36,907 nucleotides of DNA from a virus (lineage: Duplodnaviria > Caudoviricetes): IMG/VR virus record IMGVR_UViG_3300017914_002840, positions 1-36,907 of that record; one strand, written 5' to 3'. The translations under genes and the position numbers were made by a program. Shown here one piece after another: positions 35,337-36,907 of the stretch. The first letter of the stretch is position 1; the number at the start of each line of letters is the position of its first letter. The notes under the pieces were generated by a model. The model searched no databases, was not told the DNA's origin, and saw only the letters and a list, made by a program, of their open reading frames with translations.

Positions 35337-36272
35337 TTATGACTTTTTAGCTCTACCTAGTGGTTCTTCTTCTGGACCAGAAGCGGCTTCGTCGCCATCA
35401 GTTGAAATATCACTATCTGCTGGCTCAATTTCTTCATCATCCATTTGATCATCAATTGATGTTTCTTCTTCATCACCTGCAGAAGACATATCAGAAGCTG
35501 GTACTTCACCTTGAAGTTTTAATACTTCATTGTTTAATGATTCTTTTGTTTCTTTTGCAAGTGTTAATAAGTTTTCTAATGATGATGAAACTGCATCGTT
35601 GAACGAAACGGCAGTGTCTGCACCATGTTGATAAGTCATTTGATCAACAATAGCACCTAGCTCGTCATTTTGCATTTTACCTAATTTTTCAATAATTTGC
35701 TGAATTTCATCTACTAGTTGTTTTGAAGCAAGAATGACTTCTGCTTGTTCAAGTTCATCTTGTTCTTTTACAACTTCTGTTGGTTGATCTGTGTGATCTT
35801 CTTGTACTGATTCTTGTTTGATTTTGCCTTGATAGATATTTGCAGGCCAACGCATTTTGTAACAAACACGAAGAATATCTCGTTCTTCACCTTTCATTAC
35901 AAACTTGCCATCTTCCATACCACAGGTTACATTGTTATCTGCACAAACTTTTTCGGCTCTAGTTGCAGTACCTGGATCAACGTCAATTGTAAGAGTTGCT
36001 TCTACTAGCTCTGCATTATCAATTTGACCAATCATTAAAACAACTGCTTCAGACAGCAAAATGTTTTTTGCATACTCTGGGTTTTGATGATAAGAATTAA
36101 ATGGAAGTGAAAGTTTTAAATTTTCACGCTGTGTATCCAGATCAGCTTTTACTTTGTAAAGTTCTTCAAGACTTACTTTGTCATACACTTTAAAACCGTA
36201 GGTTTCTTCAAGCCAACGATTTACTCGTGCTATACGTGTTTCATAGTTAGATGTTAAATCATTCAGTTTCAT
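35337..36272 (-). CDS. Hypothetical acidic helical protein (possibly head-associated)
   Basis: 311 aa, acidic tail ending PLGRAKKS; ACTAAATA 5 nt before the ATG. Confidence 0.65.
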   Translation of the reverse strand: MKLNDLTSNYETRIARVNRWLEETYGFKVYDKVSLEELYKVKADLDTQRENLKLSLPFNSYHQNPEYAKNILLSEAVVLMIGQIDNAELVEATLTIDVDPGTATRAEKVCADNNVTCGMEDGKFVMKGEERDILRVCYKMRWPANIYQGKIKQESVQEDHTDQPTEVVKEQDELEQAEVILASKQLVDEIQQIIEKLGKMQNDELGAIVDQMTYQHGADTAVSFNDAVSSSLENLLTLAKETKESLNNEVLKLQGEVPASDMSSAGDEEETSIDDQMDDEEIEPADSDISTDGDEAASGPEEEPLGRAKKS

Positions 36273-36276
36273 ACTT

Positions 36277-36852
36277 TTATTTAGTCTTTTCTTGATTTAT
36301 TAAACGAGAGTATTTGCTATTAACCTGGCTATATACCTGATTTAAGCTGTTTTTTAAGCCAGATACCATATTTTTATGATAGTTTAAGTTAGGATCATCA
36401 ACATCAACTGTAGATAACTTGGATTTTTGCATATTGTAATTGTTAGCAACCTTTTTATATTCAGCATGTAAGTCCATTAAAGCATTAATTTCTTCGCTAT
36501 CAAAGTCAAACCCTGCATACAAATAGTGTACTAACATATATGCAATCTCATACAAATACAGATCTACAATTAATTTTGTACGTTGTGGACCATATAGTGT
36601 GTACAACTTTTTGTTTGTTTCTTCATTTACAGTTAATTTAATAAAATATTTGCCAATAACAACACCATCGTCAGTTTTTTTAGTGTTAAGTGCTAGATTG
36701 AAATTGTTATTTTCTGTAGATTTTTTTACAATTTGTTTGAAGCTTTTATCAAAGGTTTTTTCAAATCCACTTAATAACTTTTTCATTTCGGAAATTTTTC
36801 TTACGGATACTTTATCCATCTTCTGTTTAAATTTGGTTATTTGAGTGTGCAT
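36277..36852 (-). CDS. Hypothetical protein
   Basis: 191-aa ORF in the operon direction. Confidence 0.65.
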   Translation of the reverse strand: MHTQITKFKQKMDKVSVRKISEMKKLLSGFEKTFDKSFKQIVKKSTENNNFNLALNTKKTDDGVVIGKYFIKLTVNEETNKKLYTLYGPQRTKLIVDLYLYEIAYMLVHYLYAGFDFDSEEINALMDLHAEYKKVANNYNMQKSKLSTVDVDDPNLNYHKNMVSGLKNSLNQVYSQVNSKYSRLINQEKTK

Positions 36853-36907
36853 GTGTTCTATATAATCTTGCGGAACACCGTCATATTTAAATAGGATTCT
36901 GATTAAA

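Noticed and set aside
1440-36844. Numerous plus-strand ORFs in the track (e.g. 2369..2707, 14419..14730, 25850..26278, 33921..34280)
   Set aside because: Antisense shadows of well-supported minus-strand genes or tRNAs with no recognisable motifs; only 18035..18472 was accepted.
1-36907. Bacterial chromosome origin for the window
   Set aside because: clpP and clpX are separated, infC lacks rpmI-rplT, suf genes are dispersed, and PAAR, virion-type genes and T4 late motifs are present; this gene order fits a phage.

Overview
AT-rich, densely coding window, almost entirely on the minus strand, best read as part of a large T4-like (myovirus/jumbo) phage genome that probably infects a marine alphaproteobacterium (SAR11-like). 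Phage evidence: PAAR spike, virion-type proteins, nrdAB, a PD-(D/E)xK exonuclease, recurrent T4-type TATAAATA/TAAATA late-promoter motifs, and host-like genes scattered outside their usual operons. The window is packed with auxiliary genes. (1) Translation and protein quality control: a circularly permuted two-piece tmRNA (tag ADENLALAA), ClpP, ClpX, ClpS, an ATE1/Bpt-like aminoacyl-tRNA-protein transferase domain, a stand-alone Smr protein, IF3, ribosomal protein bS21, Hsp20 with a ROSE-like leader, and four tRNAs (Asp, Arg, Leu, Ser). (2) A candidate phosphate-starvation lipid-remodelling unit (PlcP-like phosphoesterase, small membrane protein, Agt-like GT4) directly behind a Pho-box-like repeat. 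(3) Iron/Fe-S genes: FTR1, NfuA, SufT, SufE, FdxA and a rubrerythrin with an internal TAA, next to an ExbB/ExbD-like motor pair. (4) Modification enzymes: four radical SAM proteins, methyltransferases, glycosyltransferases, QueD and an amidinotransferase. A candidate -1 frameshift site (A9G) joins two ORFs upstream of clpX. All family calls come from motif recognition by eye; no database search or folding was run.
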